In this document: positions 52,311 through 64,000 of the stretch, one piece after another
Numbering within the stretch: position 1 is the stretch's first letter
Layout: each line of letters starts with the position of its first letter
DNA from: Eledone cirrhosa
Taxonomy: Eukaryota
DNA length: 64,000 nucleotides
Assembly: GCA_964016885.1 (NCBI GenBank)
Contig: OZ024743.1
Location: forward strand, 109,368,001-109,432,000
Reading direction: 5' to 3'
The notes under the pieces: model-generated
What the model was told of the DNA's origin: nothing
Database searches by the model: none
The model's input: only the letters and a program-made list of their open reading frames with translations
Program-made: the position numbers and the translations under genes

Positions 52311-53438
52311 TACATGATGGCTGCCCGTTCGTTATCGAGTATGCCCATTGCACGAAATACCCTTAATAATAATTATTAATTAATTCTATCGTGCAATGCA
52401 TGTGCGTGAAGATATTTTTTAAAGTGAGGAAAGACTGTGCATACATACATACATACTACAATATGAATTATTTCCTGCATATTATTCATAAATATGATCT
52501 GAAATCGAAAGAATAGATCATCTATGTTAGAAATCTTAATTAATAATATACATAGTACCGATTATAACCACCACATCTTTTCTTTCTTTGATCATGTGTT
52601 GCCGAAGAGAGACATATTTGTAGACATGTACTGATAATAAGATACCTCGATTATAATGAGTTCAATGATATGTGTCTGCATTGACGAACTAACATGTTTG
52701 TTACCATGTAATTGTTATGGTTTAGAAACTCTGAATATCTGTTCTAAAATATGTTGTCTACACTTTAATCTCCTGATAATGATTCCGCTGATGCTATTAC
52801 TACCATTTTAAATGGTCAGAGGCATATTAATGAAGTTTTGTCTATACATGAATGTTGTCATCATCCTGAAAGTGGTAGTGGTTAACGGCAGGTCTTATAC
52901 ATTTATTCGTGATTATGTTGATATTATAGGTGGTGTTTGTAAAAGAGATTACAAACCGTTCGATGATTCTATTAGAAACCGACTTAAGCCGCATGGATTC
53001 CCAGTGTCCAACATATATTTGGAGAAGGAGTTTACTGCTAGGATTAGTTCGACTCTACGTCTGTTCTTTATTACAAGATTTTATTCTATATTATTTATAT
53101 TATTATAATTTTTTTTGTTGCCGTTGATTTCGTTTGTGATAACATTCCTATTTCATATTACTGTATTTCCTATTTTTATCTCATTTTTCGTTAATTATAT
53201 TTTGTTGGTGGTTTTCTCCGTTTCGTTCATGATGTCTCTTTTAATGTAGTGTGTGTATGAGAGAATATATGTAAATATGTGAATAATTGTTCCTATATAT
53301 AATGTTGTATTTATGGAGCCATGTTGACGAATCGACAATGTTTAAGCCCTCAAATATTTCAGAGTAGACAAGTATACACATATATGCAGCGACATATTTC
53401 ACACACACATCATACACATACACAGATACACAAACACG

Positions 53439-53526
<88 letters not shown>

Positions 53527-53696
53527 TACATACACACATATACATCTATACGCACTTAATTGTTAAATTAAGTGGATAAACATTTTGTCAAATATGTCCG
53601 GTGTCCTTTGGTATATGAATCTCATCATCATATTCTGTGAAGAAGCAGAACACACAGACACACACAGAAACACAGACATTCAGACATACATACACA

Positions 53697-53805
<109 letters not shown>

Positions 53806-53999
53806 ATGCATGAAACCTGACATTCTATCTTCTAGATTAAGTGTGAGGATATTGCCTTATGTACGATAGTTATTTAGACAGCACCAAAGTACTCTCTTCT
53901 TTGAAAATTATGATGTTCTCTTTTGATGTCCATTACTGAACTACCTTTCCAGCAATTCAGTCCATCTGCCTGATACGAGTCAGACAGAATAATTTCTCT

Positions 54000-55900
54000 A
54001 TTCAAAGGCTTTTAGAATCTTCACGTGGAGAAACGGGGGACGTTTTCAGGTTTTAGGTAGAGGGACATTTTCGGAAAATATATTGCTTACGCTAAGAAAT
54101 AGTTACATAGACTTATTGACGTAACAATCATACACATTACTACCCTTGAGTTCACCAAGCATCAATCAGTGATATAACCTCTAATTACAATAAGATAATG
54201 CACTTCCAAATTCCATCTCAATGTGAGGCTTTACTATTATCATACATTTGATATTATGTATATATGAGTAAAGGAAATGAATTCGAGTTACAGACATTGT
54301 AATTACATCCCCCGAACTCATTTTAATGATCCACATCTCAAAGAAGCACAAGTCCCTGTCAAATCATATGACCACATTCTTCCTAACACCTAACTATTGA
54401 TAACATACTACTTAGATAATGAAGGAAACTATTTAAAACATACATCATATAATATACTTTCACATGTCAATTTTCACCAACATAAAGGCACCAGCATAAC
54501 ATGATGGTAGTGTCTATCGAGTAAACTTTCTTTTAATTCCTAGAGTGTTTTATTTTATATTTTATAATTTTAGACATTTGTGCAAATTCCTCTCACAAAA
54601 TTAAATGGAATATTTGCCTTCTCGTATTTATGCTGGCTTGAGACACACACTAAGTATTGTTTAGAATCTGCTGCTTTGTGTTGATGGTCAATTCCAATGT
54701 TTGTGTCTTTTTTATTAGAATGATGACGAATGGAAGATGGTCTTCAATCTATCCCATTGTTAATTAAATATTATTATTGATGTTAATTAGAGTATATTCC
54801 CAGTTTGGTATTTTCCTAACCTGCTCTTGCACGTCTTCTTTTGAAATACTTTCCCATCTGTGTTGGTTTATTGGATAACATACACAAGCTAATTTATCCA
54901 TCTTGCAACTTTGTTATGTTATTTTGCAAACCCCCATACATTTGACCAAAATTGCGTGGATTCTTCAGTATTAGATGCAACTTCATCACCAATTTTCCAT
55001 AAAAGTGTTCTATAGAACTTTTTTGCTTTGCCTATTTGTATTGCGACTAACCTGATTAGATTTTGCCTTAATTCAATGTTTCATTTATCCATCACCATAT
55101 TCAAACCTTTCAACTTAATTTTATGCGTTGTTTCTCTTCTACTTTGGCCTCTTTCCATTTTCCCCAATGCTATGCATCCCTTTTACTTAGATTTTTTCCA
55201 GAACTGAGTTATATCCCCTGCCAAATTTTCTTTCACCCGGATTCTGGTTTCCTTCCTATCGTTTTGCTTAAAAGTTTAAATGTTTACGCACAAAAAAAAG
55301 TAAGAAAAACGCGGCACTATTTAACTCTCAAATAAGTGATACCAATAGTTTCTATATACATCATTGTATGGTTCACTTTGGCTATTTCAGTTGCTATACG
55401 ATATCTTTCTATATTCCGAACATTAAGTGGTGCCTTATTGAATCGAGGACTATTTAAACACAACTCTCAATCTTTTGATAATCAATCTTGTTTCTCCCTC
55501 TTAATTTTTATTTTTATTCAAACTTTCAATGTCTACTTCATCAGCGACTGGATTTTCCATTCCATTCAAATTTGATGGTTCATCATTTTTTTTTCCTTGT
55601 CAACATTCTTCCTCAGTTAATTAATGTTTAATTGTGATCTCTATGTTTCCCACTTTCAACATTCGCATCATCAAAATTACCTTCAATATTGACATTCATG
55701 CCTCGAAGTCCAATTTCCACGACTCTAATTCGGCTTTGGTGAGCCAATTACTACATTTGTTTTTTCATCACTTCCATCAAACATTCCAAATATTTTGCAA
55801 TGATGAATAGCTCATTCACCTGCACAACGTGCTCCTCCCTCATTTACAATAATGTGCCATTTTATTTTGATGTTTTATCTTCTTTGCTCCACTTCATTCT
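54000..55900 (-). pseudogene. Highly decayed R4/Dong-like non-LTR retrotransposon
   Basis: Minus-strand peptides TQFWSNVWGFAK*HNKVARWI (~54.9 kb) and QVRKIPNWE (~54.8 kb) match the pre-RT region of R4-clade elements. Boundaries uncertain. Confidence 0.55.
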
Positions 55901-56009
55901 GCTTCCGGATTCATTGTATTGTTTATATTGTTACTTTTTTTTATTGTTGGTGCTGCTGCTGCCTTCGTAAGTTAGCACTGAGGCAATGATTTTGCTGCTG
56001 GTGTTTGTG

Positions 56010-56355
56010 GCGGCGGTCGACCATCGATGCCGGAGTCTGTCTTCAAAGCAGCTGATTTCGGTCTCGTCTTCAGATGCTGGATCACTGCAATGCATAACTG
56101 CCTGGTGTTCAAAATGATTGGCCATTTTTCGAAACTGGTTCAGATCGGTCCGTCATTGGTCCCCTCTATCCTCTATTCTGTACCCATTGATTCTCGAGAG
56201 TTTACTGTGAAAATAGAGCTGTTGCAAGGTGGAAAGTATGTATCGGCATATTCGGACACCACATCATCACATTCATGGTGTGGAACACCGCGAAAATTGA
56301 GGTGGTCGGTACCTTCTTGGAAGAATATGAAGGATTGACGGGAGCAAAACAGACT
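56010..56355 (+). pseudogene. Short Tx1-like RT fragment
   Basis: VDHR..ESVFKAADFGLVFRCWITAM, VSAYSD and IEVVGTFLEEYEGLTGAK parallel the 24.9-25.3 kb region. Confidence 0.8.
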
Positions 56356-58897
56356 TTATACCTAACCACATGGTCTTCCACAATCAATCAAATTTTACTT
56401 TATCTGTGTAGCACACTAAAACACGGTTTTGCATTAAGCGGAATAACACAGCTACACATCTCACTTAACTTTTGAAAATTATGAGACTGTGAAACATGTA
56501 AACTTATTGAAATAAATCCTCTTAAAGATTCCATTTTCATTTACAATATATTCTTTTTTCTTTAAAGGACCAAACACATAAGAAATACTCTTATCAAACA
56601 ATGTTCTAAGAGGCCAACACAGTGATCAGCACAAACAAGACAAAGGTATTAAATGCCAAAAGAGTGACATTCAAATACACTATGGTGGTGATCTTGTCCT
56701 TTCTAACCGAAAAGTGATTATTATTTCCAAATTGATTATTTCTATTTTGAAGATCAGAAAATCCAATCATCAATGCGTCAGACTGCTATACATAACTGCT
56801 TTTTAAAACGGTTTTCATGTTGCTATTTGGTTTTATTTGTGTCCATTTTATATGCAGAAAGTCAATACAGCAGTTCCCTGGGATAGGATTGGGAGTTTGG
56901 CGTCGAACGACAGCATACAAATCCGTCAGGTAAACGTTTGAGACATCCGATTCTCGAATATTCTTATGTTGGATAAGTACCATCCCAGACATGATTGTCT
57001 TAGTCCATTGTAGTGTTGTTGAAGGTTGCTAGCTGTTGATCACTGACATATTATTTGAATCCGAAGACAAAGTCTGGTCTTAGTGCTGAAATTATTCTAT
57101 TAACGACTTGTTCAAGATCCGGCATAACGTGTTTGTCCGTGGAGCGGGATTAATGTACCATTGCCATGTTGAAATTGATACGATTGTCATAAACCAACTG
57201 GAAATTATGAAAATATTAACGACACCTCTGTTCCTAAAGTCGGAACACCTCTGACGTGTTTTATTTTGTTCCTTAATCGTGAAATTTACTTATGACAGTT
57301 TAAGATCGAATGAAATGTAGAGAAATATTTTTGTGGTAACGGCAAGTATGTGGTTGATATATGTTTATGTTTAACTCGCATTATAGATTCTCAAATGGCA
57401 CTTAACCGTCACAGTTCACATAACACTTTCATAGATTATATAATCCGTCATCTCTCACAAGCAAAATTAAACTTATCTAAATATTCTAAATCTGTTCGAC
57501 ATAAGGAAATGACTCACTTCTCTGATACCTAGCATACATGTGGATCAAATTATTCAATACCATCTTAATAATCCATTAACGATCTAAATTATACTCGCAT
57601 ATTTTAAGCAGTATTCAATAAACAGAGAGAAAAAAGCATTCGGATTTTGTTCGGAGAGACGGCAAATTTATGTACACTATTTAACTTATACATGCATGAG
57701 AGAGCTCTCAATAAATACACATTCAGCTGACATTACAATTATCCATTAAACCCAATAGAGGCAACAACCCCTATTCAAAAGAAATAAAACGAATACGGCA
57801 CTAGAAACATCAGATACAGGGAAACACTATACTCAGTAGAATTAACGCAAACTACGTCAGCGCAAAGATGAAATACGAAAACATAGTATATGCTGACTAC
57901 TTCTACCGTATGCATGTTTCACGTGCAATACATAAAAAACACATGTACTCTTCACTCACCTTGAACAAAACGAAACAATAATGCGAATTTGCAGCTCCGT
58001 ATATTTTTTCAATTGTATTTCTCATCCAGCTTACGCTATTCTCAAAACAAGCAATACTTCATTCATTAAGTGAGTTATGCTTGTCACTCTCAGGGAACCC
58101 TTGAAATGACCATGCATCATCAGTTTTTGCGTGAAAATTAAACAAACGATATACATATTCGATTATATAAATTTACTCAAATCCGTATGGAATTGCGAAG
58201 ATCAAAGGTTGCTTTGACAATGAGAACACAGTTCTTGAAAATAAGTATGCCTACATTCATGGTAATAAATATAAATGTTTTTTTTTTTTTTTATCATAAG
58301 AAACATATATACGTTATTGAACATCAAACTGACAGACTCATCAGGATCATCTCACAAGATTTCATCGTTAAGGCGCAATCCTAGGAAATAAGTTTTAGGG
58401 GTGAGACCAGCAGTTACGAAAGCGTTCCAACCCCATCTCGACAGATTTAGCTAAAGGGTTGAGATACATGCTGCCAATGATAAAAAAGTAGATGAACATT
58501 ATATATAATGGTCCATCCAGCTTCAATACGCCGGGACAAACTGTAACCAATTGGCATAGAAAACAAAGAGAAAAAAGTAAAAACAAGAAAGAAAAACTAA
58601 GGGAAATTGCGACTGCAATGTAAAATATGAGCAATATTGCTTGAATCGCTACACCGCACAATTTGCACTTCAGAGTGAACAATAAGGGTTTCTGCTAAAG
58701 CGAGGCACAATATATATGCAACATTAGTAATTTTTGTCGCAGCAAGTAATACTTCATACTGCCTACGTGCGCTCCATAGTTTTGCTCAACTATGCTGAAC
58801 TTGTGTTGAACATTACGAAACAACAACAAAACAAATAGATTTACTGCGAAACACGCATGTATTATATACATCATATTATATATATATATATACATAC

Positions 58898-58985
<88 letters not shown>

Positions 58986-59113
58986 CAAATAGAGAGAGAC
59001 AGAGAGAAGGATAGAATGTGGGATACAGATATACATACACATATATATAAACAAATATGCATATATGCATATACATATTTACATATATATATATATATAC
59101 TTATATATAAAAT

Positions 59114-59145
<32 letters not shown>

Positions 59146-59159
59146 ATCATATATATATA

Positions 59160-59191
<32 letters not shown>

Positions 59192-59228
59192 CATTAATAT
59201 ATATATATATATATAAATATATATATAC

Positions 59229-59259
<31 letters not shown>

Positions 59260-59619
59260 CATATGCATATATGCTTGTGTAGTTGTGTGTATATGTATGT
59301 ATATATATATTTATATGTGTGTGTATTTATTCAGCTAAAATCTCTCGACAATTTTAAAACCTCCTTTGATGAAGCTGACGTTAAGCTGGTATTATATCGC
59401 AAAACTGTTTTAACCTAAATGTGCTAACCCATGCATATGGCATCGATATGTTGTAGACAGTATGGCGTCATGTATCGAAGTAATGTAAGTTGTTATCTTT
59501 TCTCTAACAGAAAAATACATAATTACACATATATGTACATATAATCACTGTCGTTTTCATGTCTCGCGACCAGATTTTCGCAGACTCTAGCTATAACTTT
59601 CACACACACACACACACAC

Positions 59620-59657
<38 letters not shown>

Positions 59658-59666
59658 ACACACACA

Positions 59667-59718
<52 letters not shown>

Positions 59719-59753
59719 CTCGTTCTCTCTCTGTCTCTCTCTCTCTCTCTCTC

Positions 59754-59810
<57 letters not shown>

Positions 59811-60593
59811 GTATATATGTATGCATATATATATATACTTTTAAATATAAGTATATATGTATGTGCCACATATTCACTATGGTGGTCTATTTTTCTCTCA
59901 CATTTCACTCCCAACCATGTCTATTTAAGGTCATTCATGTAGCTTAAACTGTTAAAATGTTAGTCTAAACATGATGGGGTTTTGTCATATGAAATGTAAA
60001 AATAACAACAACAGTAAAATACTTTAAAAAATAGGACTTAGATTTGTTTGCTTTTTATCAATCAATCTTTACAGTAGTCTTTAATATATGTGTAACAGTT
60101 TATATACCATATATGATGTATCAACCTTCCTTGGGTCGACTGATATAGAAAATAGCCCGTCTCCATTAAGATAAGTAGATTTAGCAAAATTCTGTATATT
60201 ATTTAACGGTTTAGGAAATGGAAACATATTTAAAATTATTTAAGAGTTAAAGAACCTAAGTGTCTGATTGCGTACAGTGGTTAAGTATTGAAAAGATGTT
60301 CAATACTTCAGCTCATTATCGAAGACCCCCCCCCCTATCCTCTCTCCTTTTGCTTCGTTTCAGCGCTCCTCATCATTGTTACAATCACCTCTTTTTGAAA
60401 GATGTGCCACTTTTCCATTATACTTATTATCATTAAAATTACATACATGCCTGTGAGGTGCAGTTAAAGACTTTGGTTTTCAACCATGTGGTTTCTGAAT
60501 ATGTTCGTCTGTTGCTGAAATTTCGTGTACCTAATCTATGCAAACGCATGTCCTTTATTTGTCTACCTGTATTTGTGTCGATAGATACTTAGT

Positions 60594-60643
<50 letters not shown>

Positions 60644-60688
60644 GTATCTATCTATCTCTTTCTCTCTCTTTCTCTCTCTCTCTTTCTA

Positions 60689-60722
<34 letters not shown>

Positions 60723-60727
60723 CTGCT

Positions 60728-60778
60728 AGTCTATATTAAAACTTTTATACTCTGCAATGTATTGAGTACCGGAATAAC

Positions 60779-60782
<4 letters not shown>
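60728..60782 (+). repeat. Internally deleted tail of the 30823 family between TA arrays
   Basis: CTATATTAAAACT.TTATACTCTGC.ATGTATTGAGTACC|GGAATAACGTA is the reverse complement of 30822-30903 with a deletion at ACC microhomology. Confidence 0.8.
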
Positions 60783-60831
<49 letters not shown>

Positions 60832-61280
60832 ATATATTCTTCACTATTTCAATATGATTACTCCAAGATAAAGTTACATAGGAATGCAAGAGAAATCATG
60901 AACTTGTCACCTACGTTAGCCGCTTGTTTAGAGAATAAATGCCATACGCTAAAACTAGCCATAACACGAAGTATTCACAAACTCTAACTGGAATAACTAT
61001 TACGATATTTAGTTATCCCTTATATATATGTAGGTGGCGTGTTTATGAGTTCTCATGCATTCCTATGTAAGTTTATCTTGGGGCAATAATATTGAAAGAG
61101 TGAAGCATAACATGGTCAACAGTACAAAAAAGGGTTTTATTTACAGTCTACAATTGTTTCACTGATTAAGTTGTCTAAATATGGCGGAACACTTGGAGCT
61201 CTGCCACTCAATTTTAAATAGGTTGTTAGCTTAATCACATCATCTATATATATACATATATAGTTTGGGAAGGTAATGCT

Positions 61281-61372
<92 letters not shown>

Positions 61373-61496
61373 AATATTTATACTTTAGGAACATAATGCT
61401 GCCAATAAAAACACAAGCATAGTGAATCATTGTCTGGTTCAAGTAACAGGTGTAATCCCACGATAATATATATATGATATATATATATATATATAT

Positions 61497-61829
61497 ATTA
61501 TGAAGAGTGAAGAAACATTTAGATATAATTAGTAATAAAATGTATCATACCTGAACTGCTCCTAGATTCCTCGACTACGGAGCAGTTTAGGTATGATACA
61601 TTTTATTACTAATTATATCTAAATGTTTCTTCTCTCTTCATAATGTACTTTTAGCTCTGATACTGGTTCAGTCTAATCCAACCGGATTGGTCTGTCCCAG
61701 TTATTCATAGAGCAACATCGGTTAAGGTTGGCACCATTAACTCAAGGATGGATGTGGATGCATTCATGTATATGTGTGTGTCCGCATGTATATGTGTGTG
61801 TCCGCATGTATCTGTGTGTTTCTAAATAT

Positions 61830-61833
<4 letters not shown>
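61497..61833 (+). mobile_element. Fold-back copy of family C in (TA)n
   Basis: 66-bp arms 61497-61562 and 61579-61644; the spacer is antisense to the HHR 3' end; the 189-nt tail matches 47487-47652. Confidence 0.9.
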
Positions 61834-61880
<47 letters not shown>

Positions 61881-62811
61881 CATATTCTCGTGGAATTACA
61901 CCTGCTAGTTGGACCTGACAATGTTTCAATATGCTGATATTTTTCGTTATTGCTATACCGAATTTATTCCAGCTCTATGCTATGGAGCAACATGAAATAA
62001 TGTGTGTTACTCAAGACATAATCCGACACAAGGAAGCGTCTTATGATCTTGAGCCGAAAGACATAACCACCAAGAAGCGCACCTTTATTAACAATCTTAA
62101 TATGCATGAGTGAAATATCGTTAGTGTGAATAATTATATTAACTTATATCCTCATTATTAAACATAAAATCCTAGAATTATATACACCATTCTGTCGTCA
62201 GATATATTTTCTACTCTGTGTAATCTGTGGTTTCTGTGAGGTGTTTTTTAATTGCATTGCAATAATGATATCAAACATCACTGAAACTTCTTCGGCAAGA
62301 ATCTATGTTACAAGACATGTAAGCATGGTATTCGCCAAAGCCTGTGGTAAATTGAAAAATTTCTGAAGCCGGTCAGATATATTTACCTGTAATTATAACA
62401 ATTGGTTTTGTCACATATTGTACTATGAAGATCTCTGAAATATGTTAATGTCAGAATGTAAATTTAATGAGCATATAGTTAACTAATGCCCAATGATGGT
62501 AAACGTGAGAGACATGGTGAAATGATGTTTGAGGCGTCATTAACACCATCATATAACTACCTTTATATGCATTATGTCTGTCATGTAATCACATATCTTT
62601 GGATTTACTGTATGTACGAATAGACTCTTACCCCATTTATCGAATTGTAAAGACACGACTGTGCCATACAGTGTGTGATTAATATTTTAAACCTGGATGG
62701 ATCATCACCTCTCCAGGTAAGAACCGAAAGAGAGAGAGAGAGGGAGATAAAAGTGAGAGAGATAGAATGATATGTTGTTAGAGAGAAAGATAGATAAATT
62801 GAGAGAGAGGT

Positions 62812-62844
<33 letters not shown>

Positions 62845-62848
<4 letters not shown>

Positions 62849-63086
62849 CTATAAAAAACAATACAAAATAATTACCTCATTAACAGAGGTTTCCTGAATA
62901 AGACGAATATACGAAAGACGTCGGACGAGGCAATGAATACGTTTCTTTCGAATTCGTCTTATTCGGGAAACCTCTAGTAGTGAGGTAATTATTTTGTATT
63001 GTTTTTTATACATTAAATTTTGCTCTGGTACTTACATAGAGCACACTTCACTCCTATGACTTTTTCTATTTTCAACGGAAACTTCA

Positions 63087-63090
<4 letters not shown>
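62845..63090 (+). mobile_element. Fold-back pLTR element in (TA)n (39570 family)
   Basis: Inverted arms ~62845-62917 and 62945-63015; ~75-nt tail 63016-63090. Confidence 0.85.
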
Positions 63091-63125
<35 letters not shown>

Positions 63126-63184
63126 GAGAGGAAACGTATATATTTTATCTGGTGATTCTATAGACATGTTTTATGATATATATA

Positions 63185-64000
63185 TATATTCCCACCAGGC
63201 AATAGATATCGCAACATAATTAACAAAAACGTGATTAAATTATCCTATTCGACCACACCTAACCTCGCATCACACCTAGCACGCACGAACATTAGGAAAA
63301 CTAGGGAAGGTTTAGAAGCGATTAAAATGGCAGTTGACCACCGACAACCGACTACACTGGAAAATGGGCAACATAATAGCATCACTGAGCCATCTAATGA
63401 TATAGAGGCACCTAGTGATAATGCTAGTAACCAATGTTCGGGAGGTACGCTAACTGATCGAACCCGCAGTTGCAATTGTAGGCGGAGTAGTAATTGTCCC
63501 CTAAGGGGGGATTGCCTCATGAAAAACATCGTATATGCATGTGACGTAACCACACACAACTCTACCAAAACATATATAAGATGAACGTCCAATACATTTA
63601 AAACTAGATTTAACGCGCATATGGATATATTTAGACACGATAAACATAAGAATGCCACCTCACTGTCGGGGTACATCTCCTTTTTAAAAAAATAATAGTA
63701 CCCCATACAAACTTTTTTGGAGGAAGCTTACTAGATCCACGCCATACCGACAGCAGAGCGGGAGTTGTGACCTGTGTTTACTGGAATGCCATGCCATAAT
63801 ACACTCTAAACTGAACCCGCTTAACAGGAAATCGGAAATGTTCTCCTCTTGCCAACACAAAATCCTGAGTTCCTTCTTCTATTTTAAACCTAGCGGATAG
63901 ACGTAACATATATTACGCAACCCCCACCTAGACATACCCCTCCTTGTCTATAGCTTCCTCCCCAACCCATAACCCAGATATATAGGTAGCCTAAGGGTGG
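63185..64000 (+). mobile_element. 5'-truncated Penelope-like element: linker plus GIY-YIG endonuclease
   Basis: IKLSYSTTPNL, CNCRRSSNCPLRGDCLMKNIVYACDV..TYI, FKTRFNAH, CDLCLLE and LNRKSEMFSSCQH; runs off the window end. Confidence 0.9.

Noticed and set aside
52812-53127. Short complex ORFs as host exons (also 34282-34476 and 58395-58682)
   Set aside because: No recognisable domain or consistent exon chain.
57940-58130. Strong minus-strand splice donor AAG|GTGAGT near 57960 as a host exon
   Set aside because: No supported reading frame or acceptor; a single motif is not enough without transcript data.

Overview
Eukaryotic, AT-rich, repeat-saturated DNA with no recognisable host gene. The SINE family and the abundance of (TA)n/(CA)n arrays suggest a mollusc such as an octopus; this is inference and was not checked. 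Most ORF-track entries are microsatellite translations. Large decayed transposons present: a full-length Helitron (7839-13722, -), an RTE LINE (~19.9-23.4 kb, -), a Tx1/L1-like LINE (~23.5-28.3 kb, -) with two further fragments, an R4/Dong-like relic (~54-55.9 kb, -), several Penelope-like element (PLE) pieces, eight copies of a tRNA-type SINE and one MITE. The most striking signal is a dense population of at least nine sequence-distinct small elements carrying type I hammerhead ribozyme (HHR) folds. They sit against (TA)n arrays and recur as fold-back palindromes or head-to-tail tandems in which one copy keeps a 3' tail and the other stops at a fixed internal site. Two of the families are physically linked to PLE GIY-YIG coding remnants. 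All folds and alignments were done by eye, and the boundaries of decayed elements are approximate.
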